A stretch of 32,000 nt of DNA, taken from Microbacterium phage Juanyo. The stretch lies in the sequence record ON526972.1. The stretch is one strand, 5' to 3'. A program made the position numbers and the translations under genes. Under the pieces are notes generated by a model that ran no database searches, was not told the DNA's origin, and worked only from the letters and a program-made list of their open reading frames with translations. Shown here one piece after another: positions 25,439 to 31,652 of this stretch; the first letter of the stretch is position 1, and every line of letters starts with the position of its first letter.

Positions 25439-26229
25439 TCTACACCTGCCAGGTCATCGTCGGTGATGAGCATCTCGCCCGTACCGGCAGGCTCGTTCTG
25501 GTGCGGGGGTGCCCACACGCGGCGAGCCAGGCGCTCCTCGGTGTCCGCTGCCGTGTCGGCCAGCAGGTCGAAGTGACGCGGGTAGACGTGCAGGTTGGCC
25601 ACCTGGAAGGTGATGTTGCCCCGCATGACGATGCGGCCCCGGTCGTTGAGGTCCTTGACCAGCCGCTTCATCAGGTCGTCCCACATGGAGTAGTCGGCAC
25701 GGTAGCCGAAGACCGCGTCCATGGAGCGCATCTGCGCGATGATGTGGAGGCTGCCACCCTCATCCACCATGAAGTTGAGAGCGTTGGTGCAGATGAAGTC
25801 GTTCCGGCCGTTGTGACCGGCCAGGTGATGGATGTCCCGGTCGCTGATGATGGCCACGGCGTGCCGGGTCTCCAGCCCCTCCTTGAGAAGCGTCATGAGC
25901 ACGCGGTCGTAGAGCGTGGTGACGCGGGGGAGCAGGTCGTGATCCCGGCTGAACAGGATGTGGCCGTAGGCGCTGTTGACCGCGCCGTCCCAGCCAGCGC
26001 ACGCCTGGAAGAGCTTCGGGACCGGGCCTTCCATGTCGGCGAGCTTGTTGCTGCCGGAGTTGAACCAGGCCAGCTCACGACGGACCCAGTCAGGGTTCAC
26101 CTTGCCGATCATGGACTCGGTGTCTGCCAGCCAGTTGACCGAGTACAGAACTCGGTTCCCGGTGCGAGGGTCGATGGGGGCATTGGCGAGGGCCAGCACC
26201 ACGTCGTCGACAGTGTTGTGCTTCAGCAT
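25435..26229 (-). CDS. Thymidylate synthase-like pyrimidine (dCMP/dUMP) hydroxymethylase
   Basis: 264 aa. ELAWFNSGSNKLADM, NSAYGHILF, FICTNALNFMV (catalytic Cys), AQMRSMDAVFGYRADYSMW and QVANLHVYPRHFDLL align with TS/dCMP-hydroxymethylase motifs. Asp179 sits at the E. coli TS Asn177 position. Confidence 0.82.
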   Translation of the reverse strand: MLKHNTVDDVVLALANAPIDPRTGNRVLYSVNWLADTESMIGKVNPDWVRRELAWFNSGSNKLADMEGPVPKLFQACAGWDGAVNSAYGHILFSRDHDLLPRVTTLYDRVLMTLLKEGLETRHAVAIISDRDIHHLAGHNGRNDFICTNALNFMVDEGGSLHIIAQMRSMDAVFGYRADYSMWDDLMKRLVKDLNDRGRIVMRGNITFQVANLHVYPRHFDLLADTAADTEERLARRVWAPPHQNEPAGTGEMLITDDDLAGVE

Positions 26230-26263
26230 TGTGTCCTCCTTGGACTGCTATGGGGTTGGGTAC

Positions 26264-26293
26264 AGGGTACTGCATGCCGGGGCTGGAGCACAA
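26264..26293 (-). promoter_or_regulatory. Promoter-like: TTGTGC-N18-TACCCT upstream of the hydroxymethylase gene
   Basis: Minus strand TTGTGC TCCAGCCCCGGCATGCAG TACCCT. Confidence 0.4.
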
Positions 26294-26308
26294 CCCCGGC
26301 ATTGAAAT

Positions 26309-26467
26309 TCATCCTCCGCAGAGGATGCAGGGCTTGGCCTTGTCCGGCTTCATGTGGTCACCCCGCTCGCAGGCCTCGGCGGATGCCAACTGCTTCTCCA
26401 GGATGCGGAGCTGAATGTTGGCCTGATGGATCTCTGCGCGGAGCGCGTGTGCGGACTTGCGTGCCAT
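26309..26467 (-). CDS. Very small hypothetical protein (52 aa), possible metal-binding CxxC terminus
   Basis: MARKSAHALRAEIHQANIQLRILEKQLASAEACERGDHMKPDKAKPCILCGG*; below the supplied track cutoff. Confidence 0.55.
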   Translation of the reverse strand: MARKSAHALRAEIHQANIQLRILEKQLASAEACERGDHMKPDKAKPCILCGG

Positions 26468-26478
26468 GATGATGCCTT

Positions 26479-26649
26479 TCAGCGCTGGTACTTGCGGACG
26501 AGGGTGAGCTCAGTGCCCGGGACGAACAGGGACTCATCGGTGCCGACGGGGTTCACCCACACCGTAGCGGTCGGGTCGCTGTCAACGGAGATGACCTCGA
26601 CCTCGCGGCCCTGGTAGCTGCAGATGTCCCACTTGCTGATGTTGTTCAT
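26479..26649 (-). CDS. Very small hypothetical protein (56 aa)
   Basis: MNNISKWDICSYQGREVEVISVDSDPTATVWVNPVGTDESLFVPGTELTLVRKYQR*; promoter-like element just upstream. Confidence 0.6.
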   Translation of the reverse strand: MNNISKWDICSYQGREVEVISVDSDPTATVWVNPVGTDESLFVPGTELTLVRKYQR

Positions 26650-26657
26650 GACTTCAG

Positions 26658-26684
26658 CTTACACCCACTTCACCTAGTTCGCAA
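26658..26684 (-). promoter_or_regulatory. Promoter-like: TTGCGA-N15-TGTAAG
   Basis: Minus strand TTGCGA ACTAGGTGAAGTGGG TGTAAG(CTG); same -35/-10 vocabulary as the other copies but short spacing. Confidence 0.5.
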
Positions 26685-26685
26685 C

Positions 26686-27414
26686 TCAGGCGCTGATTCC
26701 GCGCCCCTGGCTGACGGCCTTGTCACCCGTGTTCGCGTTGCGCCCAGCAGCCACCCCGGAGTCCATGGCGCTCCAGTCGCCCTTGCCACCCCGTGCCCGG
26801 TTCTTGCCCTTGGCCATGCCGTCGAAGTGCGCCTTGACCTTGGCACCCCGGTCCAGAAGGACGAGGTCAGTGCCCGTGCTGGCCTCCTGGACAGCCTGGT
26901 TCCGGTTCTCCTTGATGCGCTGCCCAGCGCCGATGCCGAAGCCCGTAGCGAAGCTGCGACGAGCAGCCTCCTGGTCGTAGGCAGGGTGGAACATGAACTC
27001 ATACTTGTGCTCCTTCCACCACGCCCGGACAGCGACCGTAGCCTGGACCTGAAGGCTGTTGATGAGGATAAGCGCCTGCTCCACGTCCGACTCGAACCCG
27101 ATCACGTACAGCGTCGCAGACTTGTTCTTGTACGTGCTCTTCATGTTCTCCAGGTTGCCCAGCCCACGGCACACAGCCACACCGAGAGTGATCCACTCGA
27201 GTCGGTAAGCGCCCGTGAACGTAACCGTCTTGGTCACGATCTGCTCGCTGGGCTGGCCCGCCTTGGCCCGCTTGGTGTCGATGGTCGCCTGGCTGATCAT
27301 GTACTTCGCCATCAGCCGCGCCGCGTGCTCGGTGAGCGCCTCGGCCTCCTCCGGAGTGGTGCTCTCGGCCTTGGCGAGAAGCTGGGCGATGAGGTCTGCC
27401 TTCTTGTCCGACAT
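26686..27414 (-). CDS. DUF2786-like protein
   Basis: 242 aa MSDKKADLIAQLLAKAESTTPEEAEALTEHAARLMAKYMISQATID...: characteristic N-terminal DUF2786 helix pair. Confidence 0.75.
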   Translation of the reverse strand: MSDKKADLIAQLLAKAESTTPEEAEALTEHAARLMAKYMISQATIDTKRAKAGQPSEQIVTKTVTFTGAYRLEWITLGVAVCRGLGNLENMKSTYKNKSATLYVIGFESDVEQALILINSLQVQATVAVRAWWKEHKYEFMFHPAYDQEAARRSFATGFGIGAGQRIKENRNQAVQEASTGTDLVLLDRGAKVKAHFDGMAKGKNRARGGKGDWSAMDSGVAAGRNANTGDKAVSQGRGISA

Positions 27415-27449
27415 GATGGGCTCCTTGGCTGGTGTGGCCTTGTGACTTC

Positions 27450-27479
27450 AGCTTAGCAGGTGATTCACCCCTTGCGCAA
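27450..27479 (-). promoter_or_regulatory. Promoter-like: TTGCGC-N18-TAAGCT
   Basis: Minus strand TTGCGC AAGGGGTGAATCACCTGC TAAGCT. Confidence 0.6.
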
Positions 27480-27644
27480 CTTCTTTTCGCACTTCTTGCA
27501 GAGCACTTCAGGGATCGGGTCGTGCTGCCATGCGGCGCTCCAGCCGCCTACCGGCAGGCCGCACGCCGTGGCGTCCCAGCTCCCTTCTGCCATCAGGTGC
27601 TGGAGGCTGGGACGGCCTGCCCGCGTGCGGGCGATGACGAACAT
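27465..27644 (-). CDS. Small Cys-containing protein (59 aa)
   Basis: MFVIARTRAGRPSLQHLMAEGSWDATACGLPVGGWSAAWQHDPIPEVLCKKCEKKLRKG*; possible zinc binding. Confidence 0.6.
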   Translation of the reverse strand: MFVIARTRAGRPSLQHLMAEGSWDATACGLPVGGWSAAWQHDPIPEVLCKKCEKKLRKG

Positions 27645-27844
27645 CACGCCTCCCCGTCGTAGGCCGCGATGCACTCTTCCCACTGGCGGAAGGTCAGGTT
27701 GGTGCTGCCATCGGCGTTGATGTTGCGGAAGAAGTACCCCTCGAACTGGTCGACCTCTTCAGGGGTCCAGTCGTTCTCCAGAAGGTGCTTGCGCACGTCC
27801 GCGATGGAGGGCTTCACGGTGAGGTTGACCTGCTCGTTATACAT
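27644..27844 (-). CDS. Small hypothetical protein (66 aa)
   Basis: MYNEQVNLTVKPSIADVRKHLLENDWTPEEVDQFEGYFFRNINADGSTNLTFRQWEECIAAYDGEA*; SD AAGGAG before ATG 27844. Confidence 0.65.
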   Translation of the reverse strand: MYNEQVNLTVKPSIADVRKHLLENDWTPEEVDQFEGYFFRNINADGSTNLTFRQWEECIAAYDGEA

Positions 27845-27872
27845 CTTGACTCCTTGGTTGGTGTGTACCTTC

Positions 27873-27902
27873 ATATTAGCACGGGGTGAAGGTTGGTTGC
27901 AA
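27873..27902 (-). promoter_or_regulatory. Promoter-like: TTGCAA-N18-TAATAT, bracketed by an inverted repeat
   Basis: Minus strand TTGCAA CCAACCTTCACCCCGTGC TAATAT; arms cggggtg (27882-27888) and caccccg (27907-27913). Confidence 0.65.
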
Positions 27903-27921
27903 CCCCCACCCCGAACTAATT

Positions 27922-28053
27922 TCAGTCGAGGTCGATGTGGATCTCGGCCTCGGTGATGATGCGCGTACCCAGGACATCGCTGTCCAGCAGGTCGCTCAGG
28001 ACCTGGTCCAGTTCCGCCGCGTCGTGCGGGTGAAGGATGAGAGTGTACTTCAT
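27922..28053 (-). CDS. Very small hypothetical protein (43 aa)
   Basis: MKYTLILHPHDAAELDQVLSDLLDSDVLGTRIITEAEIHIDLD*; SD AAGGAGG and its own promoter-like element. Confidence 0.6.
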   Translation of the reverse strand: MKYTLILHPHDAAELDQVLSDLLDSDVLGTRIITEAEIHIDLD

Positions 28054-28084
28054 GATGGGCCTCCTTGTTGGCTTGTGACTTCAG

Positions 28085-28112
28085 CTTACACTAAGGGGCC
28101 GAAGGTTCACAA
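28085..28112 (-). promoter_or_regulatory. Promoter-like: TTGTGA-N16-TGTAAG, bracketed by an inverted repeat
   Basis: Minus strand TTGTGA ACCTTCGGCCCCTTAG TGTAAG; arms ggggccg (28095-28101) and cggcccc (28117-28123). Confidence 0.6.
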
Positions 28113-28131
28113 CCCCCGGCCCCGAAGTATT

Positions 28132-28374
28132 TCAGAGGTACGGGTCGTCGTCCTCGTCATCCGGCGCTGCGTCGCTAATCACGACCTCGCCCCCGTAGTA
28201 GGCCTCCAGGCTACCGAAGCCCGCGCCGTAACGCTGGCCGTTGGAGACGACCACCTTGGCGTCCTTGGTGAAGGCCACGACCGACAGCAGGTCAGCCAGC
28301 GTGACGTCCGTGTTGATCTGGTCGGGCGCGTAGCCCTGGTTGTCGTTGACCCCGATGAGAACCGTGCGAGCCAT
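28132..28374 (-). CDS. Hypothetical protein (80 aa)
   Basis: MARTVLIGVNDNQGYAPDQINTDVTLADLLSVVAFTKDAKVVVSNGQRYGAGFG...; SD and promoter-like element upstream. Confidence 0.65.
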   Translation of the reverse strand: MARTVLIGVNDNQGYAPDQINTDVTLADLLSVVAFTKDAKVVVSNGQRYGAGFGSLEAYYGGEVVISDAAPDDEDDDPYL

Positions 28375-28416
28375 GATGGCCTCCCTGCTAGTGGTGGACT
28401 TGCTTAGTGACTTCAG

Positions 28417-28444
28417 CTTATACCCTGGGGTGAAGGTTTCGCAA
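28417..28444 (-). promoter_or_regulatory. Promoter-like: TTGCGA-N16-TATAAG, bracketed by a 9-bp inverted repeat
   Basis: Minus strand TTGCGA AACCTTCACCCCAGGG TATAAG; arms cctggggtg (28424-28432) and caccccagg (28449-28457). Confidence 0.68.
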
Positions 28445-28463
28445 CCCCCACCCCAGGAAAGTT

Positions 28464-28790
28464 TCACTGCTCGACCGGGACCAGCTTCAGCTCGCCGTTC
28501 TCGGGGTAGCGGCCCCGGCCAGTGAAGACCAGCTCGTAGACCGTGTCACCGATCTGCAGGTGCTCGCCGACGCCGATGCGGGGCTTCGGTTCGATGTAGT
28601 GCGCCGAGATGGTGACCCCGATGAGGCTGACCTCGGGCTTGCCCGTGGCCCTGGTGCCCTGGGCTGCGTAGTACTTGCCGGAGAGGTCAACGTAGATGTG
28701 ACCGTCGATGCCCGCGATGTTGTAGACCTCGGAGGAGAGGTAGGTGACGGGGTAACCGGCCTTGGTGCTGAGAGTGACGGTGGTAGCCAT
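28464..28790 (-). CDS. Hypothetical protein (108 aa)
   Basis: MATTVTLSTKAGYPVTYLSSEVYNIAGIDGHIYVDLSGKYYAAQGTRATG...; promoter-like element upstream. Confidence 0.65.
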   Translation of the reverse strand: MATTVTLSTKAGYPVTYLSSEVYNIAGIDGHIYVDLSGKYYAAQGTRATGKPEVSLIGVTISAHYIEPKPRIGVGEHLQIGDTVYELVFTGRGRYPENGELKLVPVEQ

Positions 28791-28833
28791 TGGGGGCCTC
28801 CTGAAGTGTGGTGGACTTGCTGACATGAATCAG

Positions 28834-28861
28834 CTTACACACTTCAGAAGACCCCCCGCAA
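28834..28861 (-). promoter_or_regulatory. Promoter-like: TTGCGG-N16-TGTAAG
   Basis: Minus strand TTGCGG GGGGTCTTCTGAAGTG TGTAAG. Confidence 0.55.
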
Positions 28862-28862
28862 C

Positions 28863-29735
28863 TCATTTCCTGAATTGGTGTGGGATGAACAGATCGAACC
28901 GTTCACCCCGGACGTAGGGCTGGCCGTTGCCCCGATAGCCCTGCTGCACCAGACGGGCGTACTTGCTGTACTCGCAGAACACGTTCTGTACGTCCATCCA
29001 GCTCGCATGCCTGCCGTTGCTGCCTGGCAGCGTGGGCAGCCGCTCCACTGGGAATCTGGTGATCACGTCGACCGCTTCCTTGGGCGTCGCTGGTGTGGCC
29101 TTGCCCAGCATCACGCCGACTCCCTTACGACTGCCCGGACCGGCCAGGATGTAGTCGTTCTCCTGGTCAGGTTCGCCCCTGGTGTACCCGAGGTCGGTTG
29201 CGATCTGCATGGCCAAAAATGGCCCCAGACCAGGGGTTTCCTGCAGCAGCATGACCCGTGTTGCCAGGTTGTCGACCTCGGCCACATGACCGAGCCAGGG
29301 GGCAGCAGCAGGGAACACGTCACGCATCTTCTCGTAGGTGCCCCTGGGGTCGCTCGGCTTGATCAGGATGATGTAGGCACCATTCAGGAACGCGCCAGGC
29401 CGCGCCTCGATCACAGGAGCTACGACCTTGTCGTACCACTTCGGATTGAAGATGTCGTCCGCCTCGGGCACGTACCCGTCGTTCGCCTCGATGATGTCCG
29501 CCATCGTGTCAGGCCGGTTCACCTGCCGGTAGAAGTAGCTCACTGCCAGCCGGTCCAGCGGGTCGCTGAACACGTTCATCAGGTCCAGCAGGTACTGACT
29601 GCCCCGGTCAATAACCCGGAACACGTTGGTGAACTTGCGCTGCGTCAGGATGGGCGACTTGACCGTCTTGCCCTCCCAGACACGGTGCCGTGCCTTGGCG
29701 AACTTGACCACGGTGTCCACCGATGCCAGGTTCAT
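28863..29735 (-). CDS. Helical protein of the 5-hmdU DNA kinase helical-domain / alpha-glutamyl-putrescinyl-thymine pyrophosphorylase type
   Basis: 290 aa with FTNVFRVIDRGSQYLLDLMN, RLAVSYFYRQVNRPDT, TPGLGPFLAMQIATDLGYTRGE and VQNVFCEYSKYARLV, resembling base-hypermodification-associated glycosylase-fold families. Confidence 0.68.
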   Translation of the reverse strand: MNLASVDTVVKFAKARHRVWEGKTVKSPILTQRKFTNVFRVIDRGSQYLLDLMNVFSDPLDRLAVSYFYRQVNRPDTMADIIEANDGYVPEADDIFNPKWYDKVVAPVIEARPGAFLNGAYIILIKPSDPRGTYEKMRDVFPAAAPWLGHVAEVDNLATRVMLLQETPGLGPFLAMQIATDLGYTRGEPDQENDYILAGPGSRKGVGVMLGKATPATPKEAVDVITRFPVERLPTLPGSNGRHASWMDVQNVFCEYSKYARLVQQGYRGNGQPYVRGERFDLFIPHQFRK

Positions 29736-30076
29736 TTCTTCCTCCTTGCCTTTCGTGCAGGCTTAGCCTTGCCGTCGGCCGTGATGGCGATCTTCAGCTG
29801 CTCGATGACAGTGTCGAAGTCGTCCCGGTTCCATGCGTCCACAGCCGCTTCCAGGGCTGGCAGCGCGACACGGCAGATGGCGACCTGCGTGGCGTTGCTG
29901 GCGCTGGTGTGTTCGTACTTCTCCTGAACCCGTAGCTGATGGAACTCCTCACGCTGGAGATGGACCAGCGTGTCCGTGATTGCCAGGTGCGCCTCGTCGC
30001 CGATGGTGCCTGAGTTGGCACACTCCAGCAGCAGCGCGATTGTGATGTGGCCCGTCTGTCGTCTACTTGCGTTCAC
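29732..30076 (-). CDS. Hypothetical protein (114 aa) with a basic C-terminus
   Basis: MNASRRQTGHITIALLLECANSGTIGDEAHLAITDTLVHLQ...; ATGA coupling to the downstream gene. Confidence 0.6.
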   Translation of the reverse strand: MNASRRQTGHITIALLLECANSGTIGDEAHLAITDTLVHLQREEFHQLRVQEKYEHTSASNATQVAICRVALPALEAAVDAWNRDDFDTVIEQLKIAITADGKAKPARKARRKK

Positions 30077-30321
30077 GTGATGTCCGCCGTGAAGTACAGA
30101 CCGACAACGGCCATGAAGTCGACCTCGGGGAAGGCGTTGGCGACCTCAGCGTAGGTCATGACGCGGGGTTCCGGCATCCGGGTCACCTTCGTCAGCCTGG
30201 CCTCTATTGCCAGCGCCTCGAACTTCTGGTCGGCTGCCTGCTGGGCCATCTGGACAGCGCCGACCGTGTCGTGGTTGTACAGGCCGACATCCACGAAGAT
30301 GACCTGGTACGCCAGGGGCAT
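30073..30321 (-). CDS. Hypothetical protein (82 aa)
   Basis: MPLAYQVIFVDVGLYNHDTVGAVQMAQQAADQKFEALAIEARLTKVTRM...; coupled overlaps. Confidence 0.6.
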   Translation of the reverse strand: MPLAYQVIFVDVGLYNHDTVGAVQMAQQAADQKFEALAIEARLTKVTRMPEPRVMTYAEVANAFPEVDFMAVVGLYFTADIT

Positions 30322-30797
30322 CAGTTCACCATCCTTCCCACGTTGCGCTCAGCGCTGAAGTACGCCACGTCGGCAGCCAGGTCCCGGCCCACGGCCTCGA
30401 TGCGCGCCGGTCGGCCTGCCAGGTCAGCTGCACGCTGGCGCTCGCTGCGGGGTGGTGTGGCCTGCTTCTCGGTGAGCTGCTCCCGGACCTTCTCAGGGAT
30501 GCTGTGCCACAAGTTCTCCAGGGCACTCACCATCCCCTCGATGACCGGCTGGAGCGCGTCCTGCAGCGCCGTCAGGAACTGCTGGATCATCTCGGCCACA
30601 TACTGACCGATCGCCTCGAGGTCGGCCTGCTCCTTGGGCGTCAGCTCGCCGCCACCGTGCAGGGTGTTCGCGTACTCCATCAGGCGGAACAGCGGGTCCT
30701 CGGTGTGCCCCAGGCAGGTCAGCTCGCCCTCCTCAGGCTCCTGCCAGGTGTGCGCCTCGTGCTTCTCCACGTTGGGGCACTGCATCGTGTACTTCAC
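30321..30797 (-). CDS. Hypothetical protein (158 aa, GTG start)
   Basis: MKYTMQCPNVEKHEAHTWQEPEEGELTCLGHTEDPLFRLMEYANTLHGGGELTPKEQ...; GTGA overlap with the upstream ORF. Confidence 0.6.
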   Translation of the reverse strand: MKYTMQCPNVEKHEAHTWQEPEEGELTCLGHTEDPLFRLMEYANTLHGGGELTPKEQADLEAIGQYVAEMIQQFLTALQDALQPVIEGMVSALENLWHSIPEKVREQLTEKQATPPRSERQRAADLAGRPARIEAVGRDLAADVAYFSAERNVGRMVN

Positions 30798-30931
30798 TTG
30801 ATGCCCTCCTTGCCTTCCCAGGTGTGTCCGCCGTCGCTCATGGGGCAGTCGGACGTTCCGTCCTTGCCCACGAAGAAGCCGTTCTCGTCAGGCTGAATGC
30901 TGCCGTGGCAGCTATCGCAACGGTAGCCCAT
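30794..30931 (-). CDS. Very small zinc-binding-like protein (45 aa)
   Basis: MGYRCDSCHGSIQPDENGFFVGKDGTSDCPMSDGGHTWEGKEGIK*; CxxCH motif; coupled starts/stops; below the supplied track cutoff. Confidence 0.6.
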   Translation of the reverse strand: MGYRCDSCHGSIQPDENGFFVGKDGTSDCPMSDGGHTWEGKEGIK

Positions 30932-31194
30932 CACGCACCGATCCCGGTGAGCGCGTAGTTCTCGATGAGCTTGGCCCGCGTGAACTCGCGGAGCTTGCCG
31001 ATAGTGTGCGGAGCCTTGGGTGCCTTGACCACCTTCATGACCCCAGGGGAGCTGAGCGTGGGCAGGGCCACAATCTCAACCTCGCGATACTTCGGCTTCG
31101 CCTTGCCGGTCTTGCCCCGATCCGTGTTCCGGATGTCCACGTCGATCCAGCGCTGCCCGACCTTGATGTTGACGGTGTCCTGAGCCATGCTCAT
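30931..31194 (-). CDS. Hypothetical protein (about 87 aa), first gene of the leftward operon
   Basis: MSMAQDTVNIKVGQRWIDVDIRNTDRGKTGKAKPKYREVEIVALPTL...; SD AAGGAG and promoter-like element upstream. Confidence 0.65.
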   Translation of the reverse strand: MSMAQDTVNIKVGQRWIDVDIRNTDRGKTGKAKPKYREVEIVALPTLSSPGVMKVVKAPKAPHTIGKLREFTRAKLIENYALTGIGA

Positions 31195-31238
31195 CTCCTT
31201 GAGTTGTCCTAAGACCGGCGTGTCCGGCCTGCTGCCCC

Positions 31239-31268
31239 AGTATGCCCTATAGGTATCTATAGACGCAA
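31239..31268 (-). promoter_or_regulatory. Candidate leftward early promoter TTGCGT-N18-CATACT with a palindrome in the spacer
   Basis: Minus strand TTGCGT CTATAGATACCTATAGGG CATACT. The 18-nt spacer contains CTATAGATACCTATAG, a 6-4-6 inverted repeat. Confidence 0.6.
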
Positions 31269-31316
31269 GCCTGGATCTTCAACCGGCGTGTCGCCCCTTA
31301 TATATAGGTATCTATA
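31247..31316. repeat. Pair of identical operator-like palindromes TATAGGTATCTATA
   Basis: Exact 14-nt copies at 31248-31261 and 31303-31316, 55 bp apart, each an inverted repeat TATAG-GTAT-CTATA. Confidence 0.7.
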
Positions 31317-31532
31317 CGCGCGCGCCCGCGCTATCTGAAGGATATAAGCACTCTTAGTAACCCGACCTGCCCGTCAAGGGCAAGGGAGGGTGGGAAGTGC
31401 TGGAGACCAGGCCGCACCACACTCGCAACGGCGCTGGACCCCTAGCACTCGCAGTGACGAATCCTCGGTCCGGGCCTCCGGCCCTCCTCGGATCCGCCAT
31501 CGTGACTCTTAGCGCTGCCCGTACTGTCGCGC

Positions 31533-31562
31533 TTGCGGATGCTGCTGGGCGTGTGCTAGGGT
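31533..31562 (+). promoter_or_regulatory. Candidate rightward promoter TTGCGG-N17/18-(C)TAGGGT
   Basis: + strand TTGCGG ATGCTGCTGGGCGTGTG(C) TAGGGT about 90 nt upstream of the + strand gene at 31653; same vocabulary as the leftward promoters. Confidence 0.5.
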
Positions 31563-31652
31563 GGGTGGTGGCCAAGCGGGTAAGGCCTCACAGCTAGTCG
31601 GAGACCCGACACCATAACCGGCTAGCACCTTTCAACTTCAGGAGTCCACACC

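Noticed and set aside
31553-31628. Full tRNA gene suggested by a 7-bp inverted repeat spacing of exactly 76 nt and a D-arm-like GCCAAGCGGGTAAGGC
   Set aside because: There is no TTC-containing T arm on either strand, and no 5-bp anticodon stem can be built. Kept only as a possible structured leader.
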